From Podarcis melisellensis (lineage: Eukaryota), in assembly GCA_964234715.1 (NCBI GenBank), contig OZ174275.1: 64,000 bases of DNA; one strand, written 5' to 3'. Under the pieces are notes generated by a model, which was not told the DNA's origin, did no database searches, and saw only the letters and a list, made by a program, of their open reading frames with translations. Below are positions 48,226 through 61,189 of the stretch, one piece after another; position 1 is the stretch's first letter, and each line of letters begins with the position of its first letter. The position numbers and the translations under genes were made by a program.

Positions 48226-49171
48226 ACACAATCATAAAGCACTAAGAAGTTTCAGGATCATAAAGATACACTTCCTAAGTGTAAAAGACCAAAGGACTCA
48301 ATTCTAGCTTGATCAGGCATTTAAATCTTCAGCTAAGCTACTGGGGCCATAGATTTCCATAGGTCATCTGCTCTCTGATTAAAGTTGGATGCTACCTTTA
48401 ATTTTTTAAAACATTGTTACAGCAATAATATTCAGTATCAGTATGCAAATTTAACGTGTTTACACCATTTGGTTTGCAAGGTAATTTTTGCCAACCCATG
48501 CTCACCTGCTCTTTATCTGATGTCATATGTGAAACTGAGTGTGGAGCTAGCAAAGAAGTGGCTGGACAAAAAATGGGGTTTGCAGGCATCTGCACAAAGC
48601 TCAGCCCTTGCCTAGAGCTGAGTGCGGTGCTTTGAAATCCCAACAACCACCTGGTCGTCGGGGCTTCAAAGCACCACACAGGGCTCTGTGTTGAGTTTTG
48701 GAGTCCTGGTTATCATCTGATCATGGGGTCTTCATGTTTGCACCTGAAAGGCTTACTTTCAAAGCATGTGGGTTGAATGTGGCTCATGCGGGTGGGGGAG
48801 ATTCAGTTCTGGCTTTTTATTTATTTATTTTTCTAAAAAATTATATGCTGCTATATTATTTAATTCAAAGCAGTTTGCAATGATATCTATATATGATAAA
48901 AACACTGACACTAAAATTTGTTGGCCAGATCCAGTTCCACAACCCTGTTTTACAACTTATTTCCTCCCCTTCAGTTCTTACATTCCCTCTGTAAGAATCT
49001 GTTACTCAGAACCTAGGAAACAAACTTCTACTCTTAAGGGAACATTTGGGAACTCAATTCTCCCTGTTATACCATACAGTTTCTAGTCTGAACAAATGCA
49101 TGCATATGACTTTGCAGTGGGCCAGTGAGGAAAGTCAACCATGGAGTCCATTTTAACTGCTGAATGAGATA

Positions 49172-49397
49172 CAGTGGTACTTCGGGTTAAGAACTTAATT
49201 CATTCTGGAGGTCCGTTCTTAACCTGAAACTGTTCTTAACCTGAGATACCACTTTGGCTAATGGGGCTTCCTGCTGCCTCTGTGCCACTGTCACATGATT
49301 TCTGTTCTCATCCTGAAGCAAAGTTCTTAACCAAAGGTACTATTTCTGGGTTAGCGGAGTCTGTAACCTGAAGCATCTGTAACCCGGGGTAGCGCTG
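49172..49397 (-). mobile_element. Tc1/mariner-superfamily MITE (same family as 32376 and 35542), inverted and more diverged
   Basis: cagtggtacttcgggttaa...aacccggggtagcgctg, TA flanks. Confidence 0.85.
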
Positions 49398-49818
49398 TAA
49401 TAGGCTGAGGTGCTAACAGAAGCTATTCCCCCTATCCTTCCCACATGGGTGTCCTCTAATTTGCCTTGCAGGGTTGAGAGAACACTTAGAACAGTGTATG
49501 GGGGGAAAGGGGGAGAACATTCCTTTGGACAAGCAGAAGGGCTTGCACTGATCAGAAAATCATGTTAGTGCAATGTTCTACCCAAAATCTACAACTTTGC
49601 TTTCTAAGGAAGATACTTAGATATAACAAAACAGAGTCACTCACTAATCTGACTAGAATTGGTGCTCTAACTTTCCTCAGATTTCTGCCTCCATCACCTG
49701 GCCGATTGTGCAAGGGCAAATTGCTGTTTTCTTTGGTCTTGCTAAAGAAATATTTTCAAACTACATTACCGCTTTAGGTTGTTATTCTAGAGCCAGTATC
49801 AGAGATATTTAAACTTAC

Positions 49819-50160
49819 CAGGTTGTGTTCTTGTCTGGTTCTGAGATCTTCACTTATGAGCTGAGTGTTTTAGTTATTCCCGCACTGATTTTGGGTTCTG
49901 GTTCTGGGCGTAGCATCTTTGCCTCTTCTATGGAAAGAAGTTCTCCCTTTGCTCCATGCCTTTCTACCTCTACCCAGTCATAAATTTCTGAAATCTCTGC
50001 ATGCAAAGCAAGCTGCTTCCTACATATGGCATTGCATCCCACAGACAGGAATCTTTATATTGAGAATTTGCAGCGTGGGGACCTGTTCCCTGGGGATTTT
50101 CTGGTCTTAGAAGCACACAGGGGCAAAACTGTCGGAGTGCAAGTCAATGATTAGTCTGCT
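49819..50160 (-). promoter_or_regulatory. Putative promoter and non-coding first exon of OR 46663-47610
   Basis: Donor aacctg|gtaagt (GT at 49818-49817), ATATAAAG at about 50053-50060, near-palindromic O/E site TCCCTGGGGA at 50087-50096, homeodomain core TAATCA near 50150. Confidence 0.6.
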
Positions 50161-50309
50161 TATGTGGAGATGAAAACAAAACAAATTAAATGTCCAGGTT
50201 TGATTTTGGAAACTTCAGCTAGTTCAGACTGCAGCTGCCAGAACTCCAAGGGGACTGAGGTCCTTAGATTCTGTTAACACCATGACTGTACTGGTTGATG
50301 CTTTAATTC

Positions 50310-50600
50310 CAAGCCCAATTCAAAGTGCTGGTTCTTATCTTCACATTTTAAAATGGTTTGTGCCCAAGCTATTTCATGGTCTTCCTGCACCCATATCAGC
50401 CTGCTTGCATGCTGAGATCTACAACAGAGACCTTCCTTGTGTGCCCACTACCTAGATCAGTGAGGCTGATCTACAAAGAAAAGGGCCTTTTCTGTGGTGG
50501 CCTCATGACTTTCAAACTCCCTGTGGTTGGACAGGCTCCCATGCTTCAAGTCTTTCAGAAGACCATGACATGACATATTTATGATTGATGTTTAATGCTC
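50310..50600 (+). mobile_element. L2 LINE 3' fragment, degenerate
   Basis: caattcaaagtgctggtt...ggtttgtgcccaagctat...gggccttttctgtggtggc, typical of the L2 ORF2 end. Confidence 0.55.
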
Positions 50601-51628
50601 TGGATTGTGGCTTGTTATTGTTCTACAAGGTGTTTTAATCGACTGACTGAAAATTTTTATTGGCTGTTCTCTTGTGGGCAGGGGTGGTTGATGGCTTTTT
50701 ATTGTTGGTATTTTGAAAAAATTATTGTTCTAACCTATCTTGGATGGGCATTTATTATTTAAATCTGTATGCCGCTGCTTCATATAAATCTGCCCGGCGG
50801 GGGGGGGGGGTTCACAACAGAACAACAAAAATGCAAATCATTACATCACTACAATGCAAAGCAAATACAAAATCATTTCAAAGCATAACAGCAAGCTAAC
50901 AAATAGCTCAGTTTAAGTACTAGGAACACTTTATTTTTTAAGTCATCATAAAAAACTATCAGTTAATAACAAATATGATAAACATTCCAGCATGCCAACA
51001 ATAATATAACCAGCAACCACTGTGTGGCAGTACTATACCAAATGATACACCAAAACCTAACCAAGTGTATAAAAAGTTTCATTGACTGTTTTTAAAGAAG
51101 TGAACACATTTCCTAGCAATTTATAAGATACATAGCAATTAAAATTAATAAATACAAAGCAGTGAATAAAGGATGTTTAACAGCAAGTAGCCAATTCAAG
51201 AACCTAATTTAGAAAAGAGGTAGTGAACCTTTCGTCCTTTGGTTGTTGTTGGACCACAACTCTCATCAGCCCCAGCCAGCATTGCCATGGTTAGGGATGA
51301 TGGGAGATGTAGTCCTGTTCTATCTGGAGGGTCACAGGTTTGCCTGCCTGTTTTAGAGGTACTGCTACTGTATTGGTGATATTATATTGAACTGCTGCCC
51401 TCAATGTGCTGTTAGGTACTAAAAACTATTTAGATAAGTGATCACTTGCAAAACCAGTGTGTGTGTTCCTAATGCATTGTGATGCTACTTATACATAGGA
51501 ATTTGAGAACATTCCACCATTAAGAGAGAATGTACCACATAAATATAGACTTGGGATGGATCAATCAGTCTACTTTCAATCTCTTTCTGTTTTCCATCTA
51601 ATTTCTACATTTTTTAAAAAAAAGCATA

Positions 51629-51975
51629 GGTAAAGGTAAAGGTACCCCTGCCCGTACGGGCCAGTCTTGCCAGACTCTAGGGTTGTCCGCTCATCTCACT
51701 CTATAGGCCAGGAGCCAGCGCTGTCCGCAGACACTTCTGGGTCACGTGGCCAGCGTGACAAGATGCATCTGGCGAGCCAGCGCAGCACACGGAAACGCCG
51801 TTTACCTTCCCGCTGGTAAGCGGTCCCTATTTATCTACTTGCACCCGGGGGTGCATTTGAACTGCTAGGTTGGCAGGCGCTGGGACCAAAAGACGGGAGC
51901 GCATCCCGCTGCGGGGATTCGAACTGCCGACCATGCGATCGGCAAGTCCTAGGCGCACAGCGCTACCCGCGTCCC
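51629..51975 (-). mobile_element. Sauria SINE, young subfamily, near full length
   Basis: Reverse complement of the 10738 type. 11-bp TSD aaaaaagcata at 51618-51628 and 51979-51989. Confidence 0.92.
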
Positions 51976-51989
51976 ACTAAAAAAGCATA

Positions 51990-52311
51990 AGTAAAGGTAA
52001 AGGACCCCTGGACGGTTAAGCCCAGTCAAAGGCGACTATAGGGTTGCGGCTCTCATCTTGCTTTCAGGCTGAGGGAGCCAGCATTTGCCCACAGACAGCT
52101 TTCCAGGTCATATGGCCAGCATGACTAAACCACTTCTGGCACAATGGGACACTGTGATGGAAGCCAGAGTGCACAGAAACACTGTTTACCTTCCTGCTGC
52201 AGTGGTACCTATTTATCTACTTGCACTGGCATGCTTTCGAACTGCTAGGTTTGCAGGAGCTGGGACAGAGCAATGGGTGCTCACCCCATTGCGCGGATTC
52301 AAACCGCCGAC
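51990..52311 (-). mobile_element. Sauria SINE, older subfamily, head truncated
   Basis: Tail gtaaaggtaaagg, core gtacctatttatctacttgcac...ttcgaactgctagg, B box ggattcaaacc. Confidence 0.85.
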
Positions 52312-52483
52312 TGATGGGAGGGCATTCCACAGGGCAAGTGCCACTACTGAGAAGGCCCTCTGCCTGGTTCCCTGTAACCTCACTTCTCGCAGTGAGGGAA
52401 CTGCCAGAAGGCCCTTGGAGGTGGACCTCAGTGTCTAGGCTGAACGATGGGGGTGGAAATTCTCCTTCAGGGATACTGGGCCC
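52312..52483 (-). mobile_element. L2 LINE fragment
   Basis: gggagggcattccacagg...gccactactgagaaggccctc, the reverse of the RAFSVVA..LWNALP region. Confidence 0.7.
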
Positions 52484-54666
52484 ATTCCTGCTCATTATTT
52501 GTTGAACAATAAACAATGATGCAGCACCAAACTATATGATAAAAATCATGTCTCATTCAGTCCTAGGGCAGATTGGAAACTGTCCAGGATAATGCTTACA
52601 CAAAGACGATTTCCAAGTGTTGGGACAGATGAGGGTAATTGCTGGCTTTAGATAAATCTCTGCTATCATTTCTACAAGCTGTGCTTCAGCAAACAACTTC
52701 CCCTTCCACACCAGTCACACTTCATGTATGGTACCCCGCTTTTATCCACCGAGCTGCAACAGCAGCAGCCTGGTGCTGGACCAACACATGCCCCTCCCAT
52801 CTTCCATAGTTTAAAATGTGAACTAGGCCCCTGCCAAGAATCCTTGGCTTTGTGCAGTGCTATTTTTCTATATAAAAAAAGCTTGTTCTCTTATAATGGC
52901 AATGGTGCCCCCCTGAGAGGTGCCAGAACTGAGTTCCAGTGATTAATGGCTGAAAAAAAAGCCCTGTGTAGAATGCAATATTATCTTACCATACATTGTT
53001 TTTATTACATTTTCATTAGCTGCCCTGACAGTGTCAAACAGGTGGGAAGCATGATTGTGTTGAAGGTATAGGATCAACGTAACGGGTGGAACACTCTATT
53101 AGTGCAAGGATTTCTGATTGTGCAAGGAAACTTTATCCCCCCCTTCTCCCCCCGTGCTGTCCCAAATTGTTTTTGGGGTTCCCCCAACCCTCTAGAGCAT
53201 GTTGGGGGAGGGCAAATGGCATATAAGAGACAGGAAGAAGAGCAAGGGAAGTCCAGCTGCATGAGCAGAAATCGTTGCACTGATGGGACAGGTTAGTTGT
53301 ATACAGCCCAAAATAAATAAATAAAGATTTGGGGAGTGTCACAAAATCATCCCAGTTGTGCTTCACATTTCCCAGCGAAAAATCTTTCAGATAGTTGTAA
53401 TTTGGCTTGCATTTGTCTTCACCATGTAATTGGTAGGAATCAATGTTCATATGGGTCTGAAGTCCTTTAGGGATAAGGTCCCAAAGCCAAGACTTTCCTC
53501 GATGGGATCATCTTCTCCTTTTTAGTTCCAAAGAGAGCAAAAGAAACAACATCATTTTTCTGTGATTATAGGAAGCTTCTATGTTATTTTGAGGGGTTTT
53601 TTTGGGGGGGATTTTAATTCCTTACTTTGGCAGAAGCATTTTGCTGTGTGCCCCACACAGAGAAACCCATCAAGCGATCAGCATTAAACTGGAAAGAAAC
53701 AGAATGACGAAATGCTTGCATCGCTTAGACAGTGTGGTTACTAGCAGTCTAATTTTTAAGCGGCTCTGTGTTTTTGCTTGGTGGAATATGCTTTTGTTAT
53801 CAATATCCCTCCAGAAGCAGCTGTGAGAGAAGCATTTTTTTAAAAAAATGAACTGAAATGAACTGATTGGATATTTAGAGAAGTACTGAACAAAAGTCTG
53901 CAGAAATAGCACGAATGATACTTCACAAGACCAGTTTAAATAAATAGCTGTTAAGGGGAAGATATAGGACCTACACAGTAGTTTTGAAATTTCCTGCACT
54001 GCTTATCTGATGATGAATCGTCATCCTATAGAGAGCTCATTTCCAGAGTGTGGATCGTTTGGTATCCAAAACAGAACCACATGAAACATGAGGGAGGTAC
54101 TGGCAGACTTGAGGAAACCCCAAAGTTTTTTGAAGGACAAATAATATTTAGCAAACGTCCCTAACTAAGGGGGACAGAGCCCTTCCAAACAACCCAATGA
54201 TATAGGCATGCATGGTGGACATGGAATGCTGACTGACTGTTGGGAGGGGGAGACAAAAAACCAGGTGGGTGAGGTGGGGAAGGAAATTGGGTGATGGAAT
54301 GCTGATCAGGAATACTGCAGACTGCAACACTTTGTTGCTGACCCCATGTGTGCATTTGTAGCAAGGAAACATTGCAGAACAATCCACACAAAATTCATTC
54401 AGGGACCAGGTGAGTTGGGCTGTACTGCTTTTCCACATAAACTGAAAATGCAGCTTTGAAATGTACCCAAGGATACTTGGCTAGAGCTCACTGGGAAGGT
54501 GTGTAATGGTGGAAAAGCCGCCTTGGAAAGAAGCTTGTATGTCATTGCTTGTTGTTAACTGAGAAATGCCAGGATTCTATGGAATATAACTGAAAAACCA
54601 CTCATTTACATGAAGATGCAGCTAGAACATTGAGATGAAAGGAAACAAATTATCTACTTAGGCAAT

Positions 54667-54873
54667 TGTAATGGTTCTAGGGGTTGCTCGTGCGTAAACC
54701 GGTGCAACACCTGGCTGGGTTGCCTGAGTGAACCTTTTCTGTCCGGACAGCCACTCACCTGTGGCTGTCTCAATTGCTGGCAGAATCCGCTGCCTCTCCT
54801 CATCCCGGGACGCTCTCTGGGACCCCTCCGGAGCCCGCTCTTTCCCTCCGGCCCTGATGGCAGTTCCCTGACA
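54667..54873 (-). mobile_element. Short, probably internally deleted solo LTR, 207 bp
   Basis: TGT...ACA termini, end ggcagttccctgaca. 5-bp TSD gcaat/gcagt (1 mismatch). Confidence 0.6.
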
Positions 54874-55244
54874 GCAGTGTTAGGTAAGATGGCAAACTGA
54901 TATGAAAATGCAAAAGATCACCAGGTAGAAAATAAACCATGTTTACTTGGAAGTAAGTCTTATTTACATCAGTGGAACCTCAGAAGAAATGGTCTCAAGA
55001 TTTCAGTTTTAGGAATTAAACAATTTTTTTGGGGGGGGGTTTCTTTGCTGAAGAGGTATTTTAATTAGATACAAAAGAGTAAGGTATACAGCATTATTAA
55101 AATTAGTGAAATGAGAGTAAATGTGAGGTGTCCAACTCAGGATGAGTTTAAGTGGCTGAAGTATTGAGGAACTTAATTCTGTTCAGACCAGGATTTTTTT
55201 TTAATGTAGAACTTTTCAAACCCCAGGCTATTTTGACTTCCATA

Positions 55245-55415
55245 TTATAGAATTGAAGGGACCCCAAGGGTCATCTATTTCAACCTCCTGCAATGCAGGA
55301 ATCACAGCTAAAACAATCCCATCCAACCTCTGTTTAAAAACCTCAAATGAAGCAGAATCCACCACTTTCTGAGATAGTCCATTCCATTGTAAAACAGCTC
55401 TTACCGTCAGAAAGA
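55245..55415 (-). mobile_element. CR1 LINE 3' end
   Basis: Minus peptide FLTVRAVLQWNGLSQKVVDSASFEVFKQRLD, plus 3' UTR gaccc..ggggtcccttc and ttctat tail. Confidence 0.8.
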
Positions 55416-56361
55416 TATATACTAACACAGGCTGAGTCCTAGTGATGAGCACAGCTGGGCTTGAATTCTAGCAAAGAACAACACTTGCTCATCTGTTAAA
55501 AGTCTGTCTCTTGCTTTTGGTTGGCATGCACACATTATGTTCTGTAGCACAAACTGCCTTAAAAACCATAATGGTCATGAGTTTAAGCAGGACTACTGCT
55601 GGAGCCTCTGTCCATCAGAATTGCAAGGGTAAGCAATCATATTTTAAATGTAATTACTATATCCCTTGACAAAGAATGAATCATGAAATATTTCTGGACT
55701 AAAGGATATTGCTAAAAAAGAAGTCCTGAAACTGTCCTGGGAAAAGACAATTCTACAACACAGCTAATTTTGCCCTTATTAGATGTGTATTCAGGTTCAG
55801 AGCAAATCACCTGTCTATTCTGAGGCTTCGTGACCTACATGGTAGTGATCATAGTTCTCTCACCTCTGTTCAAGACTCTTAAGCAGTAAATTAGAGAAGC
55901 TTATTCATGAGCCAGTGTGAGCTGAGATCTGATGCCCAATGTGTCCTAGACAATGGATTGCCTTGGCATGACTCCATGGTTAGACCTTTGTCTAGAACCC
56001 CAGTCAAGTCTACAATTCATAACTCTGGGTTATTCACTGTAAACTATGTGATTCTCATACTTTACCAAAATATTTTTATCTAGGTATCATAGTGTTATAA
56101 GTGATGCTGAAGCAGCCTGAAAGTTTCTTACTGCAGACAGAGCATTATGCTACCACTTCAGCTAAATCTGAAGAAATCTGCTTCTTTAATTTCCTTTGAC
56201 AGAAAGTTAGAAGGAGCCCCTAGCATTATCTGGATAAAAATATTTCAGTTTTGGAAAAGAGAAGTAAAACTGGTTGCTAATGTTTATCCAATATGCCTAT
56301 CTTGAAATGTTAAAAAGAGAAATATTGACTTCTGTGTTCTTCCCACCTCCACAGCGTCATC

Positions 56362-57351
56362 ATGATGCAAACGGTAAACATCACATTGGTGGACAGCTTC
56401 ATACTCACAGGGCTAACAGACCTTCCTCAGGTGGAAATCGCCCTCTTTGTGATCTTCTGTGCTGTCTATGCCACCACTCTGGTGGGGAATTTGGGCATGA
56501 TTCTTTTAATCAGGTCCAGCCCACAACTTCACACCCCAATGTACTTCTTACTTGGCAACCTGTCTATCTTGGACATCTGTTACTCCTCATCTGTCACCCC
56601 AAAGTTCCTAAGCAATCTCTTAAAGGAGAAGAAAGTAATTTCTTTTGCTGATTGTTTTACTCAGCTTTTCTTTTATGGTGTATTTGCCACCACTGAGTGT
56701 TACCTGCTGGCAGTGATGGCCTATGACCGCTACGTGGCTATCTGCAACCCATTGCTCTACTTAATCACCATGTCCCAAAGAAAGTGCATTGAGCTAGTTG
56801 CTCTTTCCTATGTGGCGGGGACAGTAAATGCTTTGGTGCACACTGTTGCTGCATCAAGGCTATCATTTTGTGGACCAAACATCATTAATAATTTTTACTG
56901 TGAAATTCCTCCCCTACTGGAGCTGGCCTGCTCAGACATCAGTCTCAATGAAATCTTGCTCTTTATCTTTGTTGGGTTCAATATAACAATAACCATAACA
57001 ATTGTTCTCACCTCTTACACCTACATCCTGGTCACTATTTTAAAGATAAAGTCCACTAAGAGCCAACGGAAAGCCTTTTCCACCTGCACTTCTCACCTCA
57101 TGGTCATCACCATCTTTTTTGGCAGTGCTAGCTTCATGTATGCACGGCCCAGTTCTAGGCAAAATCACCACCTTGACAAAATGGCTTCTGTCTTCTATAT
57201 AGTGGTGACTCCCATGCTGAACCCCTTGATCTACAGCCTGAGGAACCAGGAAGTCAGGAGTGCCTTCCGCAAAATCCTGGGAAGAAAAGCTACTTCTCAG
57301 TCTAGGTTGATACCTTCCATACAAGTTAGACCTCCAGATTGCAGGAGATAG
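56362..57351 (+). CDS. Olfactory receptor (OR5-like), copy C1, 329 aa with extended C-terminus
   Basis: [47 protein letters not shown]. Acceptor cctccacag| at 56354. Confidence 0.94.
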   Translation: MMQTVNITLVDSFILTGLTDLPQVEIALFVIFCAVYATTLVGNLGMILLIRSSPQLHTPMYFLLGNLSILDICYSSSVTPKFLSNLLKEKKVISFADCFTQLFFYGVFATTECYLLAVMAYDRYVAICNPLLYLITMSQRKCIELVALSYVAGTVNALVHTVAASRLSFCGPNIINNFYCEIPPLLELACSDISLNEILLFIFVGFNITITITIVLTSYTYILVTILKIKSTKSQRKAFSTCTSHLMVITIFFGSASFMYARPSSRQNHHLDKMASVFYIVVTPMLNPLIYSLRNQEVRSAFRKILGRKATSQSRLIPSIQVRPPDCRR

Positions 57352-58329
57352 CACTACACGTAAAAGGATGGTCCACAACATTTTGTCTCATAACATGCAT
57401 ATAAAACTGCTCTGCTGTTCGTTTACTCCAACACTTATAGTTAAGTACATGTAGCTGCTGCTCCACCAGCATGCCAGCAAATCCTCCTCTTCTTCGACAA
57501 TGCCTTTGGAATATTGCTACATCATGGTATAGCAACATTCAAAGCTGCAATATTTTCTTGGGGCAAGTGTCTCAATACACACTTGTAGATTACTTCCCCA
57601 TGTTCCAGGAATAAGCTCATCCAGAACATGAACGACTATGAGAACTTTAATTATGCCAAGGTCAGGGTTTCCCATGGTTACCATTGCTCTATCCTTCCAG
57701 AGGACAGACTGCTGTCTGCCTGGGAGAGCTAGCCCCAAACTAGCATGCTGTTCACAATACTCAGGGACACAGCAATACTAACATCTGTTCATTTGGTCTC
57801 GCTAGCAGAGTGTCCTCGTAAGGTACACAGAGAGCAATGGAAATGAGACAGCACTTTGCCAGAAATGGAGCTTTAGTCATAAGCATAGCAAGTGGTATTT
57901 TAACATTAAACTGTGAAGGCAACCCCAGAGATGGGGTCTAGAGAGAGTGTAAATATTTTGGATGGCAGAGGGTGGGCGATTTCAGTGAGTGGCAACTGAA
58001 ATGCTTGTGTGTGAGTGAGAGAGAGGATATATTTCCATCTTTATAGTCCTCACACATTTTCCTCCAAGTAATATACATTACACATATGTACTTTTTGAAC
58101 AATTATCCACACATACCTACATGCCACCACTAGAGTGATCCTGTTCTGGGCAAAAGGAAGGAAACAGCCATACCTTCCTTACTCAGACTCTGCCTGCCTG
58201 CACTATGAAAGTTAGGTGCATTGAATAAAGATCCTGATGCTTCATTAAATGTAACTTGATATACAAAAAGTTATGTTTCTCAAATGTTCTTTCTGAGTAT
58301 GGGGGCAACTGCAATTTGGCCTCCATTGA

Positions 58330-58665
58330 CTTCACTGGGTAAATATTAGACAAATGTTTCATATTGTCTTGTAAGCATGTGTTTGGGATCTGAGGTACTT
58401 CAGGGAGCATCAAGATTTCCCCACTAGTCATAATGAAAGCCAAGTTAACATAATTGTTTGTCATTATGGTAAAAAAAAAAAAAGCCCTAGAGCCACGAAG
58501 CGTTGGAGTATATCTGGCTTCCTTCAAACCACTAGATGGATTTTGCTATTGGTTTCACAAGGATTCAGGTTCACTTGCATTCAGGTGAGAAATCGCCTTG
58601 AAAGAAACAGAATGCTTTGAACTATTGAAGGCACAATGAAGTTTCAAGAAAGAGAGTAAGTTCAG
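58330..58665 (+). promoter_or_regulatory. Putative promoter and non-coding first exon of OR C2
   Basis: ttcagggag / gatttcccca O/E-like sites, TAATGA at 58431, donor agaga|gtaagt at 58656. Conserved in 62950-63250. Confidence 0.55.
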
Positions 58666-59680
58666 GAGCATTTTCTCAGTTTATGTGAAAAAAGAATTGT
58701 GGTTATTAGTGCAACTATCTGACTGCTGCTTTATGCTGCTATTGCCTGAATATGCTTTAGACACAAACACACACACATCATTCCAACCGCAGATCTTAAC
58801 AAGTTTTCTCTCTCTTCATTTTGGCAAATAAGGAAAAAGGAGAACGGTAGGGAACTTGAAAGACGCATTCACTGGTGAAATCTCTGCAGATACAGCATAG
58901 CATCAGCAATTAATTCTCAAAACAGGAAAGATTTAGGGCAGCCTAACTCAAGGTGGTGCCCATCAGAATTTTAGATTGCAACTCTCACCATCCCTGATCA
59001 TTGAACATGTAGGCTGGAAATGACGATAGTTCAAGAATATCTGGAGGGCCTCAGGTTTGGAAAGGCTGCTCTAAGCAATAATATTCAGTCTTCTTACTGG
59101 TCAAAACCCCTTTTCATTTTGATGGTCTGTGAGGAACTATGTACATCTGCATTGAAATGGAAGGCACACTTTGGTTATGAGGGCTCTATGTACATGGTCG
59201 AAGTCTGCATTCAACTGGCTTCTTGGCTGTTTCTTCCTCTTTGAGACTTTGCATATACAGTGCTTGTATTTTGGTTGTATAATAACACATGACTCTGCAA
59301 TGTCTAACATTCCTACTAAAAGCATTCCTACAAAAACCTAGTAGACAACAATCTGTTATTATATTTCATTGCAGCTTATCTTGCTTATAAGCAAAGCCCA
59401 TTCAAACACTGATCACCATCAATGTATGTCCAGTATATTTAGGAAATGATATTGATGTGTTAATGCTGTAAAATCATACAGGATGTTTTTCACCGTGTGG
59501 GCACATCTATCAGAACAAAAGCTATTTCTGAGGAATAGTCCCATCTCTCCGCTTTCTCCAACACTTTGATACAACATCAGAGAGGAATTTGGGCTTTTTC
59601 CAGTGTTTTAGTTCCTGGGAGTCTAAAAGAACAAGCAATGCTGACTTGTGTGTTCTTCCCTTTTCCACAGCGTCACCGTG

Positions 59681-60640
59681 ATGCAAACAGGAAACATCAC
59701 ATTGGTGGACATCTTCATACTCACAGGTCTAACAGACCTTCCTCAGGTGGAAATTGCCCTCTTTGTGATCTTCTGTGCGGTCTATGCCACCACCCTGGTG
59801 GGGAATCTGGGCATGATTCTCTTAATCAGGTCCACCTCACAACTTCACACCCCAATGTACTTCTTACTCGGCAACCTGTCTTTCTTGGACATCTGTTACT
59901 CCTCATCTGTCACCCCAAAGTTCCTAAGCAATCTCTTAAAAGTTAAAAAAGAAATTTCTTTTGCTGGTTGTTTTACTCAGCTTTTCTTTTATGCTGCATT
60001 TGGCACCACTGAGGGTTACCTGCTGGCAGTGATGGCCTATGACCGCTATGTGGCTATCTGCAACCCATTGCTCTACTTAATCACCATGTCCCAAAGAAAG
60101 TGTATACAGCTAGTAGGTCTTTCCTATGCAGCTGGGACAGTAAATGCTTTGGTGCACACAGTTGCTACATCAAGGCTATCGTTTTGTGGACCAAACATCA
60201 TTAATAATTTTTACTGTGAAATTCCTCCCATACTGGAGCTGGCGTGCTCAGACATCAGTATCAATGAAATTTTGCTCTTTGTCTTTGTTGGGTTCAATAT
60301 AATAATAACCATTACAATTGTTCTCACCTCTTACACCTACATCCTGGTCACTATTTTAAAAGTCGATTCCACTAAGAGCCGAAGAAAAGCCTTTTCCACC
60401 TGCACATCTCACCTCATGGTTGTCACCATTTTCTATGGCTCTGTTAGCTTCATGTATACACGTCCCAGTTCTAGGCAGAATCACCACCTTGATAAAATAG
60501 CCTCTGTGTTCTATATAGTGGTGACTCCCATGCTGAACCCTTTAATCTACAGTCTGAGGAACCAGGAAGTCAGGAGTGCCTTCCGAAAAATCCTGGGAAG
60601 AAAAGCTGCTTTTCAGTCTAGGATGATACCTTCCATATAA
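59681..60640 (+). CDS. Olfactory receptor (OR5-like), copy C2, 319 aa
   Basis: Intact motifs, close paralog of C1. ATG at 59681 follows the acceptor ttttccacag| at 59670. Confidence 0.94.
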   Translation: MQTGNITLVDIFILTGLTDLPQVEIALFVIFCAVYATTLVGNLGMILLIRSTSQLHTPMYFLLGNLSFLDICYSSSVTPKFLSNLLKVKKEISFAGCFTQLFFYAAFGTTEGYLLAVMAYDRYVAICNPLLYLITMSQRKCIQLVGLSYAAGTVNALVHTVATSRLSFCGPNIINNFYCEIPPILELACSDISINEILLFVFVGFNIIITITIVLTSYTYILVTILKVDSTKSRRKAFSTCTSHLMVVTIFYGSVSFMYTRPSSRQNHHLDKIASVFYIVVTPMLNPLIYSLRNQEVRSAFRKILGRKAAFQSRMIPSI

Positions 60641-61189
60641 GTTAGACCTTCTCCAGATCACAGGAGATAACACTTCAGGTAAAAGCAGCTCTGATAGAAT
60701 ATGGTCCATAATTTTTAGTCTCATAATATGCAAATAAAACTATTCTGCTGTGCAAAAATATCATTAGAAATCAAATCCAACTTTAAATCCTCAGATGAAA
60801 TAGTTTCTCTGGCTAAAATCTGATATAGAATTTTATATGATATTCTAGCCACACTTGAGGGAGAAATCTAAGAATGAATAAGCATTACACCAAGACTTTC
60901 CAACACTATGTTGTCAGCAGTTGAAACATCTCCAGAAGCTGGAAAGATAAATGAATCAAAGGCTTCTGAGTGTGGAGAACAGGAAAAGGGGACTTTGTTG
61001 AACTGAGATTAGCAGAGCAATTGCAAACTGAAACCAAGAGTGTACTTGAATCCAGTTGCACCATGGGACAGCTAACATTTTCTGACTCTCCTTCTCTGAA
61101 TGTTGATTCTTATATAAGCAAGACAGCAACATCCATGCACAAGAATGAGTCATCGAAAATCAACAAGGCACTGCAGCATCTGACCAAGT

